From: Candidatus Omnitrophota bacterium
GTDB lineage: Bacteria; Omnitrophota; Gorgyraeia; Zapsychrales; Zapsychraceae
DNA: 64,000 nucleotides
Reading direction: 5' to 3'
NCBI GenBank assembly: GCA_020632515.1
Contig: JACKFK010000004.1
Span: 64,068-128,067, forward strand
A program made the position numbers and the translations under genes. Shown in pieces: positions 37,831-47,401 of this stretch (position 1 is its first letter; every line of letters begins with the position of its first letter). The notes beneath the pieces were generated by a model, which was not told the origin of the DNA, made no database searches, and saw nothing but the letters and a program-made list of their open reading frames with translations.

Positions 37831-39879
37831 TTGATGAGTTTGCTATTAAATACCATCCGCGTTGCTTCTCGCTCCAGCCAATTAGCTTGTCTTCAAGTCA
37901 ATGAGATCCATGCTCAGCTTAAAGAAAAGGGAGTGTCTTTAGAATTTGAGCGGAGTACTTATCAAACGCAAGGAGATCTAGATAAGAAGATTTCTTTGAC
38001 GGAAAATCTTCCTGATAATTTCTTTACAGATGCTCTTGACCAGGCTTTGATCAATTGCGAAGTGGATATTGTTGTTCATAGTGCTAAGGATCTTCCTAAG
38101 ATTTTGCATAAAGATCTGGACGTTTTCGCTTTGACAAAGACCTTTGATGCCACTGACGCGTTTGTGGGGCTGATGCCATTTGAACAATTAAAACCAGGCG
38201 CGAGAATTGGAACCAGCAGTCTTATTCGTCAAGAATCCATTAAGAAATTAAATCCTAATCTTCAGCTTGTTGATATCCGCGGGACTATTGAAGAGCGAAT
38301 AAACCTTATTGAACAAGGTATCTGTGATGGCATTATTGTCGCGACATGCGCGCTGAAACGGCTTGGATTAGCGGATAAGATTCAGAGTATCATGCCATGG
38401 GAGGCTTCGCCAATGCAGGGGCAGTTAGCCATAGTTGGACGGTGTGGAGATTTGCACTTAAAGAATTTGTTTAAGAGTATTGATGCTCGGCAAAAATATG
38501 GAAAAATTTTTCTTGTGGGTGCAGGGCCAGGCGATCCGGATTTAATTACACAAAAGGGGATTAATGTTCTTAAGCAAGCTGATTGTGTTTTTTATGATTT
38601 TCTTGCGCATAATGATTTATTGAATTATGCGCCGCAGGCAGAAAAGATTTACGTCGGTAAACGTAAAGGGCTTCATTCTTTAGCGCAATCGGAATTAAAT
38701 AGACAATTAAAAAATAAAGTATTGGATGGAAAAAATGTAATTCGCCTAAAAGGCGGTGATCCTTTGATTTTTGGCAGAGGTGCCGAGGAGATAGAGTATT
38801 TGCGTTCTTTTATGATTGATGTCCAGGTTATTCCCGGGGTTAGTTCCGCGACCGCGATTCCAACTGCGTTAGGCGTTCCGCTAACAGATCGTAATCTGGC
38901 CTCTTCAGTCGCATTTATTAGTGCGCATCAAAAAGAGGAGGATCCAGCAGCGGCCAAAAAACTATTATTGCCCCAAGCGGATACATTAGTTTTTTTGATG
39001 GGGCTTACAAAGATAAAAGAAATTGTTCAGGCACTGAAAACGCAAGCATGGCCGGATTCGACGCCTGTGATGGTTATTTCCAGAGGAACTACGGAAGATC
39101 AACAAATTGTGACAGGGACTCTCCAGACAATTGTTGCACAGTTAGATAAGCAAGCTCTCCCACCGCCAGCATTAATTATCGTTGGTCAAACAATATCTTT
39201 TTTTAATCAATCGCGTTATCAAGTACCTGCAATTTTATATACAGGAACGAATCCGGAACAATATCAATATCTCGGAAAAGTGATTCATTTTCCTATGATT
39301 CAGATTCAAGGAATTCAATTTAGTGAAGAAGAACAGCAGAAGTGGATAAAAACATTGCATCATTTTCAGCTGATTCTTTTAACAAGTCGATTTGCAGTAA
39401 AATATTTCATGAACCTTATTGGAAATGATTTGAATATTTTAAAACCTTTAAAATTTGCTTGTATCGGTCGGGAAACAGCTTTAACGCTGCGGAAATTTTC
39501 TATAACTCCTGAGTGTACGGCCAAAGAAGAATACAGCGAAGGTTTTCTAAAAGAGTTGGATAGACAATTTTCATTGTCAGGGATGCGTATTTTATTTCCA
39601 CGATCATCTTTACCCAACCCTTTTCTAAAGGAAGAGCTAGAGAAAAAAGGGGCGCAGGTTGAATTATTGGCGGTTTATAAAAATGAAAAGATCGAAAAAA
39701 GAGACTTGCCAAAAGTTGCTATTGATAATATCGTATTTACGAGCCCTTCGACCGTGAAGAACTTTTTAGACGATTATAAGTCTATTCCTCGAGAATGGAA
39801 AGTTTGGTCTAAGGGGCCCGTCACTAGCCAGTATTTAAAAGAAGTGGGTTATGAAAATCAACAGTTATCATTTATTTAG
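37831..39879 (+). CDS. Triple fusion: HemC-like (domains 1-2 only) / uroporphyrinogen-III C-methyltransferase (CobA/SUMT) / uroporphyrinogen-III synthase (HemD)
   Basis: The N-terminal ~220 aa resemble porphobilinogen deaminase (VASRSSQLA, DIVVHSAKDLP, IGTSSLIRQ, RGTIEERI). The middle is SUMT (VGAGPGDPDLIT, GGDPLIFGRG, VIPGVSS). The C-terminal ~200 aa are a HEM4 domain (LLTSRFAV, IGRETA, VFTSPSTV). Confidence 0.85.
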   Translation: MMSLLLNTIRVASRSSQLACLQVNEIHAQLKEKGVSLEFERSTYQTQGDLDKKISLTENLPDNFFTDALDQALINCEVDIVVHSAKDLPKILHKDLDVFALTKTFDATDAFVGLMPFEQLKPGARIGTSSLIRQESIKKLNPNLQLVDIRGTIEERINLIEQGICDGIIVATCALKRLGLADKIQSIMPWEASPMQGQLAIVGRCGDLHLKNLFKSIDARQKYGKIFLVGAGPGDPDLITQKGINVLKQADCVFYDFLAHNDLLNYAPQAEKIYVGKRKGLHSLAQSELNRQLKNKVLDGKNVIRLKGGDPLIFGRGAEEIEYLRSFMIDVQVIPGVSSATAIPTALGVPLTDRNLASSVAFISAHQKEEDPAAAKKLLLPQADTLVFLMGLTKIKEIVQALKTQAWPDSTPVMVISRGTTEDQQIVTGTLQTIVAQLDKQALPPPALIIVGQTISFFNQSRYQVPAILYTGTNPEQYQYLGKVIHFPMIQIQGIQFSEEEQQKWIKTLHHFQLILLTSRFAVKYFMNLIGNDLNILKPLKFACIGRETALTLRKFSITPECTAKEEYSEGFLKELDRQFSLSGMRILFPRSSLPNPFLKEELEKKGAQVELLAVYKNEKIEKRDLPKVAIDNIVFTSPSTVKNFLDDYKSIPREWKVWSKGPVTSQYLKEVGYENQQLSFI

Positions 39880-39887
39880 GAATAATA

Positions 39888-41174
39888 ATGCGAACGATTA
39901 ATAGCGAGAAATATTTTAAAGAAGCAAAGAAGAATTTAGTTGGCGGAGTCAACAGCCCTGTTCGTTCGTTTAAAGGTGTTGGCGGGCAAGCCCTTGTTAT
40001 GAAACGAGGATTACGGGCGCAGCTATTTGATTACGATAATAATGCCTATACAGATTATTGTTTATCATGGGGAGCGCTGATTCTTGGGCACGCACATCGA
40101 AATACAATTTTAGCTGCTAAGAAAACTGTGGAAAAAGGGACCAGTTTTGGAACAACTACCCGTGAAGAAATTGATATGGCTGCGCATATTGTCAAGGCTG
40201 TTCCATCTATTGAACGAATCCGGTTTGTTAATTCTGGTACAGAAGCCACAATGAGTGCTATTCGTCTTGCTCGAGGTTTTACGCAACGCGAACTTTTAGT
40301 GAAATTTGACGGATGCTACCATGGGCACTTTGATGATCTGTTGACTAAAGCCGGGTCTGGAGTTTCGCAATTAAAGGAATCCTCTAGTTTAGGAATTCCT
40401 AAAGCGCATGTTAATAATACGATCAGTCTTCCTTACAATGATAGTGAAGTTTTAGAAAAGACTTTAAAAAAATTTCAAAAAGAAATTGCTTGCGTGATTA
40501 TTGAACCTGTGGCGGGAAATATGGGGGTTATTCCGGCTAGAACCGAGTTTTTGCAGTTGCTGCGTGATTTAACAAAACGGTTTAATATTGTTCTTATTTT
40601 TGATGAGATTATGACGGGTTTTCGCACTAACGCGGGATGTGTACAATCTGATTATAAGATTATTTCTGATATGACTTGCTTAGGTAAGATTATCGGTGGA
40701 GGATTTCCTATTGGTGCTTATGGTGGGCGTGAAGAAATTATGAATTGTTTAGCCCCTTTAGGTGGAGTGTATCAGGCAGGGACTTTTTCGGGTAATCCTG
40801 TTGTTATGAAGACAGGGCTAGCAGCATTAAAACTTTTGAATAAAGATTTTTATCGGGTGTTAAATGAACGCTGTGAACAGTTTGCTCAGCATATGAATGC
40901 TTATTTCACAGAGAAAGGAATCAGCGCGCATCTATCACATTATAAATCGATGATGAGTATACGATTTCGTTCGGAATTAGTAGATAATTATGACGATGCG
41001 CTAGCGGCTGCAGGCGGCGAAGTCTATAGCCGGCTATTTCATTATTTGTTGAAAATGGGAATATACTGGCCGCCAGCAGATTTAGAGGCTTTTTTTGTCA
41101 GCAGCGCGCATTCAAAAAATGATTTAAATCAATTGGCAGATGCGTTAAAGAAATTTTTTAATAATAAAGTTTAG
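39888..41174 (+). CDS. hemL: Glutamate-1-semialdehyde 2,1-aminomutase
   Basis: GGVNSPVRSF, NSGTEATM, FDEIMTGFR and the PLP-lysine region LGKIIGGG. Confidence 0.95.
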   Translation: MRTINSEKYFKEAKKNLVGGVNSPVRSFKGVGGQALVMKRGLRAQLFDYDNNAYTDYCLSWGALILGHAHRNTILAAKKTVEKGTSFGTTTREEIDMAAHIVKAVPSIERIRFVNSGTEATMSAIRLARGFTQRELLVKFDGCYHGHFDDLLTKAGSGVSQLKESSSLGIPKAHVNNTISLPYNDSEVLEKTLKKFQKEIACVIIEPVAGNMGVIPARTEFLQLLRDLTKRFNIVLIFDEIMTGFRTNAGCVQSDYKIISDMTCLGKIIGGGFPIGAYGGREEIMNCLAPLGGVYQAGTFSGNPVVMKTGLAALKLLNKDFYRVLNERCEQFAQHMNAYFTEKGISAHLSHYKSMMSIRFRSELVDNYDDALAAAGGEVYSRLFHYLLKMGIYWPPADLEAFFVSSAHSKNDLNQLADALKKFFNNKV

Positions 41175-41214
41175 AAATTTCGTAAGAGTTAGTAAACCAA
41201 GAAAGGAATACGAT

Positions 41215-41610
41215 ATGAATAATGAATTAAGAAAAATAGCAATAGCCGTTTTAATCGGGATTGTTCCTATAGTGACGACTGGGTGTATTCCGTTAGTTTT
41301 AGGCGCGGCAGCTGGTGCTGGCGGTGTTGTCTTTATTAAAGGAAATCTTGAGAAGAATTTGGATTCTTCGGTTAAGCAGGTGCATAAAGCGTCGTTAGCC
41401 GCAATGGAAAAGCTTGATTTATTTATTGTAGATGATGATTTGGATGTTCATGATGCGAAAATTAAAGCAGAAGATTTTGATGGGAAGTCTATTTTAATTA
41501 CCGTAAAAGCTTTAACAGAACGTTCTTCAAAATTAACAGTCCGTGTTGGTGTTTTAGGTGATGAAGAGCGATCTGCGCACATTATTTCAGAAATTGAAAG
41601 CAAGCTGTAA
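41215..41610 (+). CDS. Lipoprotein (DUF3568-like)
   Basis: Lipobox VTTGC followed by a Gly/Ala-rich segment. Confidence 0.6.
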   Translation: MNNELRKIAIAVLIGIVPIVTTGCIPLVLGAAAGAGGVVFIKGNLEKNLDSSVKQVHKASLAAMEKLDLFIVDDDLDVHDAKIKAEDFDGKSILITVKALTERSSKLTVRVGVLGDEERSAHIISEIESKL

Positions 41611-41766
41611 TTAAAAGATTGATTATTATTCCTCCTTCTGTGTCTAAGTAATGAAAAGCCCAGAGGAGGAATGATATGATTGAATCTGAATAAATAAAAA
41701 TTTATCTTTGTTAAAATAAGAACTATTGAAATGCAATGTTGAAAAAAAACAGATAAGAATTTATTT

Positions 41767-42483
41767 ATGTCAGATGTTGTTTCTAAAAGAAATATTACTG
41801 TAATAATCCCTGCCTTTAACGAAGAAAAATCCTTGCCAAATGTTGTCAAAGATCTTCCCAAAGTATTAATTAATGATATTATTGTAGTGGATAATAACAG
41901 CACTGATCAAACAGCGAGTATTGCCAAACAACTGGGTTGTCGAGTAGTTTCCGAATCAATTAAAGGATATGGACAGGCTTGTTTAAGCGGCATCGCTGCA
42001 CTTTCCGCAAAGACTGAAATAGTTGTTTTTATTGATGGAGATTACAGTGATCATCCAGAGCAATTACCTATTTTGATTCAGCCGATTCTAGACGATAAAT
42101 TTGATTTTGTAATAGGATCCCGGATTGCGGGAAGAAGAGAACATAAGGCAATGACTCCACAGGCGTATTATGGCAATAAATTGGCATGTTTCTTAATGAA
42201 ATTGTTTTGGAATGTCGATTATACGGATTTAGGCCCTTTTAGGGCTATTACTTATCCTGCGTTACAACGTTTAAATATGCAGGATAGAGATTTTGGCTGG
42301 ACTATTGAAATGCAGATTAAAGCAGTTCAATGCGGACTTCGCATTACAGAAGTTCCGGTTGATTATCGCTGCCGGATCGGAAAATCAAAAATCTCGGGAA
42401 CGATTAAGGGAACTATTTTAGCTGGTGAGAAAATCTTAAGAACAATCTTTAAATATAAATTTTTTAACAAAAATTTAAAATGA
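41767..42483 (+). CDS. GT2 glycosyltransferase, polyprenyl-phosphate sugar synthase type (DPM1/ArnC-like)
   Basis: VIIPAFNEE, VVDNNSTD, FIDGDYSD (DxD) and a short single-domain size. Confidence 0.85.
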   Translation: MSDVVSKRNITVIIPAFNEEKSLPNVVKDLPKVLINDIIVVDNNSTDQTASIAKQLGCRVVSESIKGYGQACLSGIAALSAKTEIVVFIDGDYSDHPEQLPILIQPILDDKFDFVIGSRIAGRREHKAMTPQAYYGNKLACFLMKLFWNVDYTDLGPFRAITYPALQRLNMQDRDFGWTIEMQIKAVQCGLRITEVPVDYRCRIGKSKISGTIKGTILAGEKILRTIFKYKFFNKNLK

Positions 42484-42493
42484 GATAAAAATA

Positions 42494-44083
42494 ATGAATA
42501 AAAGACTTTTTATCATTGGTATTTTATGCGCACTTCTTTGGGGATATATTTCTTTAATGACTAAAGGATTTCCTCAGGCGTGGGTGGATATGCTTGATAA
42601 TTATACAGGGCATACTGTATCCAAACAGATTCAGCAAATGGTCAATGGATTTCATTACGATACCAGAAACAATGTGATGCCAACAGCTGCCTTTTTGACT
42701 TTATTTTATATCATTTTCGCAATGGTTTTTTATTTGATCATCGCAATACAAAAGAGAGAAGCGCAAACAGGATCATTATTGTTAGTGGTTTTCTTTTCGC
42801 TTGTTTTTAGGGTTATTTTATTGTTCAGTGTGCCGATTCATGAAAACGATATTTATCGTTATATGTGGGATGGAAAAGTTTTTAAGAGTGAAATTAATCC
42901 ATACAAATATTCTCCATCGGATTTATTTATGTATGAAAATAAATATAAAGATGATTTCTACGACGGTTTTCATGAAGTTACGCTAAAAGCCAAAGAATTT
43001 GAATACCGTGATCAGGAGCGTTTAGATACGCTTCTCAAATTGAGAGATCAAAATCAAACCAATTATGAGCGCATCGGTCATTGGCAGGTTCCAACAATTT
43101 ATCCGCCCATGGCACAGCTTGTTTTTTTATTAGCCGCCAAGCTTAAAGTAGATCATCTTATTTTTTTGAAAGGAATATTTATTTTATTTGATTTGGGGGT
43201 GCTTGTTCTTATTATTGGCATTTTGAAGTGCCTTAATAAAAATCCTTGTCTTTCATTAATTTATGGTTGGTCTCCTTTGGTTTTGAAAGAATTTGCTAAT
43301 TCAGGACATTATGATCCGATTGTTATTTTCTTTACCATGTTTTGTCTTTATTTATTTCTTAAAACAAATCATAAACGTAGCAGTTTGATGCTGGCGTTGG
43401 CGGTATTGAGTAAATTCTTTTCTGGAGTCTTGCTGCCAATTTTAGGCCGATATTGGTCTTTAATTCATTTAGTTATTTTTAGTTTTACCATTCTTCTTTT
43501 GTATGTGCCATTTTTTATTTGGAATGACGCGGGAATTGCGGGTGTTTTTGAAGGGTTACGGACATATAACGAGCAATGGTCGTATAATTCCAGTATCTTT
43601 GCTGGGATATATGTTTTGTTAAAACAATACGCGCCGAATTTTACTGAAACTTTGTGGCCGGCAAAAATGATCGTGGGAGGGATTTACTTATTTTTTCTTA
43701 TAATTCTAGTCGTATGGAAAGCGCCGCAAGCAACGCGAATTAATAATAAATTTGTTCTAAACAAGAATCAACAATTAATCATTATGCATCGATGCTTTTT
43801 AGCTGTGGCGGTACTATTTATTATCAATCCAGTGGGGGATCCTTGGTATTTTTGTTGGGTTATTCCTTTTCTCTGTATCTTTCCATATAAGTCGTGGTTA
43901 CTGCTTTCCGGTTTATTAGCGTTTTCCTATATTAATTTTCAATCCGATTATAGTATTGTTGGTGCAAGGTTTTTGGATATTTCTCTTACGACCTGGATTA
44001 TTTATACGCCATTCTTTCTTTATTTTTTTATAGAGAATATTTTCCGCCCCTCATTTGTTTTAGATATGAAGAAAAATATGTAA
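42494..44083 (+). CDS. Large polytopic membrane protein, GT-C-fold glycosyltransferase-like (DUF2029/PMT_2-like)
   Basis: At least 10 TM segments. The first extracytoplasmic loop carries an acidic ENDIYRYMWDG motif. The gene starts 10 nt after the GT2 gene. Confidence 0.55.
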   Translation: MNKRLFIIGILCALLWGYISLMTKGFPQAWVDMLDNYTGHTVSKQIQQMVNGFHYDTRNNVMPTAAFLTLFYIIFAMVFYLIIAIQKREAQTGSLLLVVFFSLVFRVILLFSVPIHENDIYRYMWDGKVFKSEINPYKYSPSDLFMYENKYKDDFYDGFHEVTLKAKEFEYRDQERLDTLLKLRDQNQTNYERIGHWQVPTIYPPMAQLVFLLAAKLKVDHLIFLKGIFILFDLGVLVLIIGILKCLNKNPCLSLIYGWSPLVLKEFANSGHYDPIVIFFTMFCLYLFLKTNHKRSSLMLALAVLSKFFSGVLLPILGRYWSLIHLVIFSFTILLLYVPFFIWNDAGIAGVFEGLRTYNEQWSYNSSIFAGIYVLLKQYAPNFTETLWPAKMIVGGIYLFFLIILVVWKAPQATRINNKFVLNKNQQLIIMHRCFLAVAVLFIINPVGDPWYFCWVIPFLCIFPYKSWLLLSGLLAFSYINFQSDYSIVGARFLDISLTTWIIYTPFFLYFFIENIFRPSFVLDMKKNM

Positions 44084-44150
44084 GGAAACGGTAGATATAT
44101 CGACAAATAGCTATTGAGACTGTGTTGATATTTATAAGAAAGAGGATTTA

Positions 44151-44915
44151 ATGAGGAAAATAATTTATTGCCTGTGTCTTTGCTTGATTGTTTTAGCTTG
44201 TTCCGGAGAAGATGCGCAGACACAAAATGATGCCTCCAGTCGTGAAGAGATTAATTATTCACTTTGGGACAATGTTCTTAAAACGTATGTTAATGAACAA
44301 GGACGAGTAGATTATGAAGGGCTATTAAAGGATCGGCATAAGTTTGATCAGTTTATTGCTCAGGTAGAAAAGGTGAATATTTCAACCTTTACGCCGCAAG
44401 AGCAAAAGGCTTTTTGGATTAACGCGTATAATGCAATCACCATGAAGGTTATTGTGGATAACTATCCGGTTAAAGGAATTAGGACAATTAATTTTGGGTT
44501 GGTATGGAATGTGGGGAGAAATGTAGCTGGAGGAAAAAAGAGTTTAAGTGACATTGAACATAAGATTTTACGACTGTTAGGTGATCCACGCATTCATTTT
44601 GCTATTAACTGTGCATCAATTGGTTGTCCGAGACTACTTAATAAACCTTTTTATCCAGAAACGTTAGATGAGCAGTTGGATCGGGAGGCAGTCCGATTTA
44701 TCAATGATCCTGAGAAAATTAAATTAGACCGTGCAACCAACACCCTTTTTTACTCTGCTATTTTAGATTGGTTTGAAGAGGATTTCTTAGTTGTTGAATC
44801 AGATATCCTAAGTTATATTAAACGGTATATTAATAAGGAAGATCGAGATTATATTTCCTCGCATGAAATTATGTTGAAGGTGACTAAATATGATTGGGGT
44901 TTAAATAAGCAATAA
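44151..44915 (+). CDS. DUF547-domain lipoprotein
   Basis: Lipobox VLAC, then FWINAYNA...HFAINCAS.GCP, characteristic of DUF547. Confidence 0.7.
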   Translation: MRKIIYCLCLCLIVLACSGEDAQTQNDASSREEINYSLWDNVLKTYVNEQGRVDYEGLLKDRHKFDQFIAQVEKVNISTFTPQEQKAFWINAYNAITMKVIVDNYPVKGIRTINFGLVWNVGRNVAGGKKSLSDIEHKILRLLGDPRIHFAINCASIGCPRLLNKPFYPETLDEQLDREAVRFINDPEKIKLDRATNTLFYSAILDWFEEDFLVVESDILSYIKRYINKEDRDYISSHEIMLKVTKYDWGLNKQ

Positions 44916-44925
44916 AGGAGAAGGT

Positions 44926-45978
44926 ATGTCGTCATTAACTCATCAGAAAGTTTCAGAATATTACGGAAAAGTTTTGCAAACAAAAAAAGATTTAAAGACG
45001 AGCGCGTGTTGCACGCTTGATAAATTACCTGCATATGTGAAAGAACCGTTAAAGCTCATTGAAGATGAAATACAAACTAAATTTTATGGATGCGGGTCCC
45101 CTATCCCCTTAGTGTTGGACGGAATGAAGATTTTGGATCTTGGTTGCGGAACAGGCCGAGATTGTTTTGTCTTGTCTTATTTTGTGGGAGAGCAAGGGGA
45201 AGTTGTTGGGGTGGATATGACGGAAGAACAGCTTGAAGTAGCCAACCGTTATTTACCTATTCAGATGAAGAAATTTGGTTTTTCAAGCCCAAATGTCCGT
45301 TTTGTGAAAGGGTATATTGAGGATTTAAGTTCTATTAAAATTCCGGATAATTATTTTGATATTGTTATTTCTAATTGTGTGGTTAATCTTTCTCCTGATA
45401 AAGAAGCTGTTCTTAATGAAGTTTATCGAGTTCTTAAAGAAGGTGGAGAATTTTTCTTTTCGGATGTGTATGCCGATCGACGGTTACCGGAGTGGGCCAA
45501 AAAGGATCCGATTCTTTTAGGGGAGTGTTTGGGAGGATCATTCTATTGGAAAGATTTTGAACGCATGGCAAAATGCATTGGATTTAATGATCCGCGTATT
45601 TTTGCCTGTTCAAAAATTGATCTGCTTGATCAAGAAACGATTGATAAAATCGGTTTCGCGAATTTTAATTCAATTACATATCGGTTATTTAAGTTAAAAG
45701 AATTAGAAGACGCTTGTGAAGATTACGGTCAAGTGGCCTATTATAAAGGTACAATTAAAGAGAGTCCGCATCATTACATGCTTGATAATCATCATTTGTT
45801 AGAGAAAAATAAACCTTTAACTGTTTGTTCTAATACAGCATCAATGCTTCAGGATACCCGGCTTTCTCAGCATTTTGCTATCAAAGGTGATCTTAGTACT
45901 CATTATGGATTGTTTGCTGGTTGCGGTGAATCACCTATTCAGAAAGCCGAAGATAAACCAATGGGAGGATGCTGTTAA
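44926..45978 (+). CDS. arsM: Arsenite S-adenosylmethionine methyltransferase, AS3MT/ArsM type
   Basis: Collinear with my memory of human AS3MT: YYGKVL, YGCGSPIP, ILDLGCGTGRDCFVLS, VGVDMT, SNCVVNLSPDK, GGEFFFSDVY, GECLGG..YW and a C-terminal GGCC. All four catalytic-type Cys positions are present. Confidence 0.8.
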   Translation: MSSLTHQKVSEYYGKVLQTKKDLKTSACCTLDKLPAYVKEPLKLIEDEIQTKFYGCGSPIPLVLDGMKILDLGCGTGRDCFVLSYFVGEQGEVVGVDMTEEQLEVANRYLPIQMKKFGFSSPNVRFVKGYIEDLSSIKIPDNYFDIVISNCVVNLSPDKEAVLNEVYRVLKEGGEFFFSDVYADRRLPEWAKKDPILLGECLGGSFYWKDFERMAKCIGFNDPRIFACSKIDLLDQETIDKIGFANFNSITYRLFKLKELEDACEDYGQVAYYKGTIKESPHHYMLDNHHLLEKNKPLTVCSNTASMLQDTRLSQHFAIKGDLSTHYGLFAGCGESPIQKAEDKPMGGCC

Positions 45979-46060
45979 AACGTATTTCATCGGTTGGGAC
46001 TCGAATTTCATGATTTCTTATTACGAATGAAGAGTCTCAGCGGCATACATTTCAATTTTC

Positions 46061-46714
46061 ATGCCCATCGATATTATCATTCCTGTCTTTAATGAAGAAG
46101 AAATCCTCCAAGAAAAAAGAGTTTATTATAATTCTTTAAAACAATGGGCGCGTATTTATTTTGTGGATGGCGGTAGTAGCGATCGGACTGTAGCAATTGC
46201 CAGAAAGTATGGTGATATTGTGTTATCTAATAAAGGCCGGGCTGTCCAAAAAAATCGAGGTGCGTACGAATCTAAGTCTGAATATTTATGTTTTCTTCAT
46301 GTTGATTCGTATATCACAGAACATGCGTTAAAGCAGGCTCAGGCTTTTTTGGCTAAAGGGAACAGTGTTGGATGTTTTTCTATGAAGATCGAAGACCGGA
46401 AACTAATCTTTCGTTTATATGAAAGGGTTGTCAATTGGCGGGCGGGCGCATTAGGTGTTTTTGACGGAGATTTAGGATTGTTTATTAAGCGTGAGGCTTT
46501 TGAACAACTAGGGGGCTTTGATAAATTGCCGATTATGGATGATGTGGCCTTTGGTCAGAAAATTAAAAGATCTTCTTCAATGAAGCTGCATGTATTAACA
46601 GAGGATATTCAAGTCTCCAGCCGCAAATGGTATAAACAGGGTTTTATTAAAACATTTTTTTTATATTCATTAGCATATATTCAATTATGGACAGGAATAA
46701 AATTTTTTAAATAA
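46061..46714 (+). CDS. GT2-like transferase of the TIGR04283 type (annotated by NCBI as an arsenosugar-biosynthesis glycosyltransferase family)
   Basis: IIIPVFNEE, VDGGSSDRT, NKGRAVQKN.GA and FLHVDS pattern. Confidence 0.7.
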   Translation: MPIDIIIPVFNEEEILQEKRVYYNSLKQWARIYFVDGGSSDRTVAIARKYGDIVLSNKGRAVQKNRGAYESKSEYLCFLHVDSYITEHALKQAQAFLAKGNSVGCFSMKIEDRKLIFRLYERVVNWRAGALGVFDGDLGLFIKREAFEQLGGFDKLPIMDDVAFGQKIKRSSSMKLHVLTEDIQVSSRKWYKQGFIKTFFLYSLAYIQLWTGIKFFK

Positions 46715-46720
46715 ACGCAC

Positions 46721-47401
46721 ATGTCAATTGAACACAAGACAACAGCGCTTATCATTTTTGCCCGGGAACCTAAGCTGGGGAAAGTAAAAACCCGTCTAGC
46801 CAAAGATATTGGAAAAGAAGATACGTTAAAATTATATCAGCTGTTTTTAAAACATATTTTTGCTATAGCGAAGAAAGTAACCTGTGATCAGAAATTTATT
46901 TTTTATGTTGGTCATGGACGATCGCTTCCTTTTCTTCGACAATTTACCAGTGATTTTATTCTAAGACGGCAGACCGGGGCTGATTTGGGGCAACGGATGT
47001 ATCGGGCTTTTAAACATGTTCAGCAACAAGGTTATCAAAAGGTTGTAATCATTGGAACCGATTGTTTAACTATTAGTACGTTTGATCTTCAAAATGCTTT
47101 TCGTAAATTAGAGCGTAATGACTGTGTGATTGGCCCAGCTCACGACGGTGGATATTATTTGCTCGGATTACGCGTTTTTGATTTAAGATTGTTTTCCGGA
47201 ATTAAATGGAGCAGTGAATGGGTTTATGCGGCCACAATTCAGAAATTTAAAAAATTGCATTTAAGTTATGCTGCTTTAGCCAAACAAGAAGATGTTGATA
47301 GGATTGATAATCTTCGTCGGACTTTTAAAAAAATTCAAAATAACGCAGGTTCTGCAGCGCTTATCGCTTTTATTCGTATTATCTTAAAGAAAAATACATA
47401 A
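46721..47401 (+). CDS. DUF2064 / TIGR04282-type transferase (the partner family of TIGR04283)
   Basis: LIIFAREPKLGKVKTRLA, IIGTDC and GPAHDGGYYLLGL motifs. Starts 6 nt after the preceding gene. Confidence 0.7.
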   Translation: MSIEHKTTALIIFAREPKLGKVKTRLAKDIGKEDTLKLYQLFLKHIFAIAKKVTCDQKFIFYVGHGRSLPFLRQFTSDFILRRQTGADLGQRMYRAFKHVQQQGYQKVVIIGTDCLTISTFDLQNAFRKLERNDCVIGPAHDGGYYLLGLRVFDLRLFSGIKWSSEWVYAATIQKFKKLHLSYAALAKQEDVDRIDNLRRTFKKIQNNAGSAALIAFIRIILKKNT

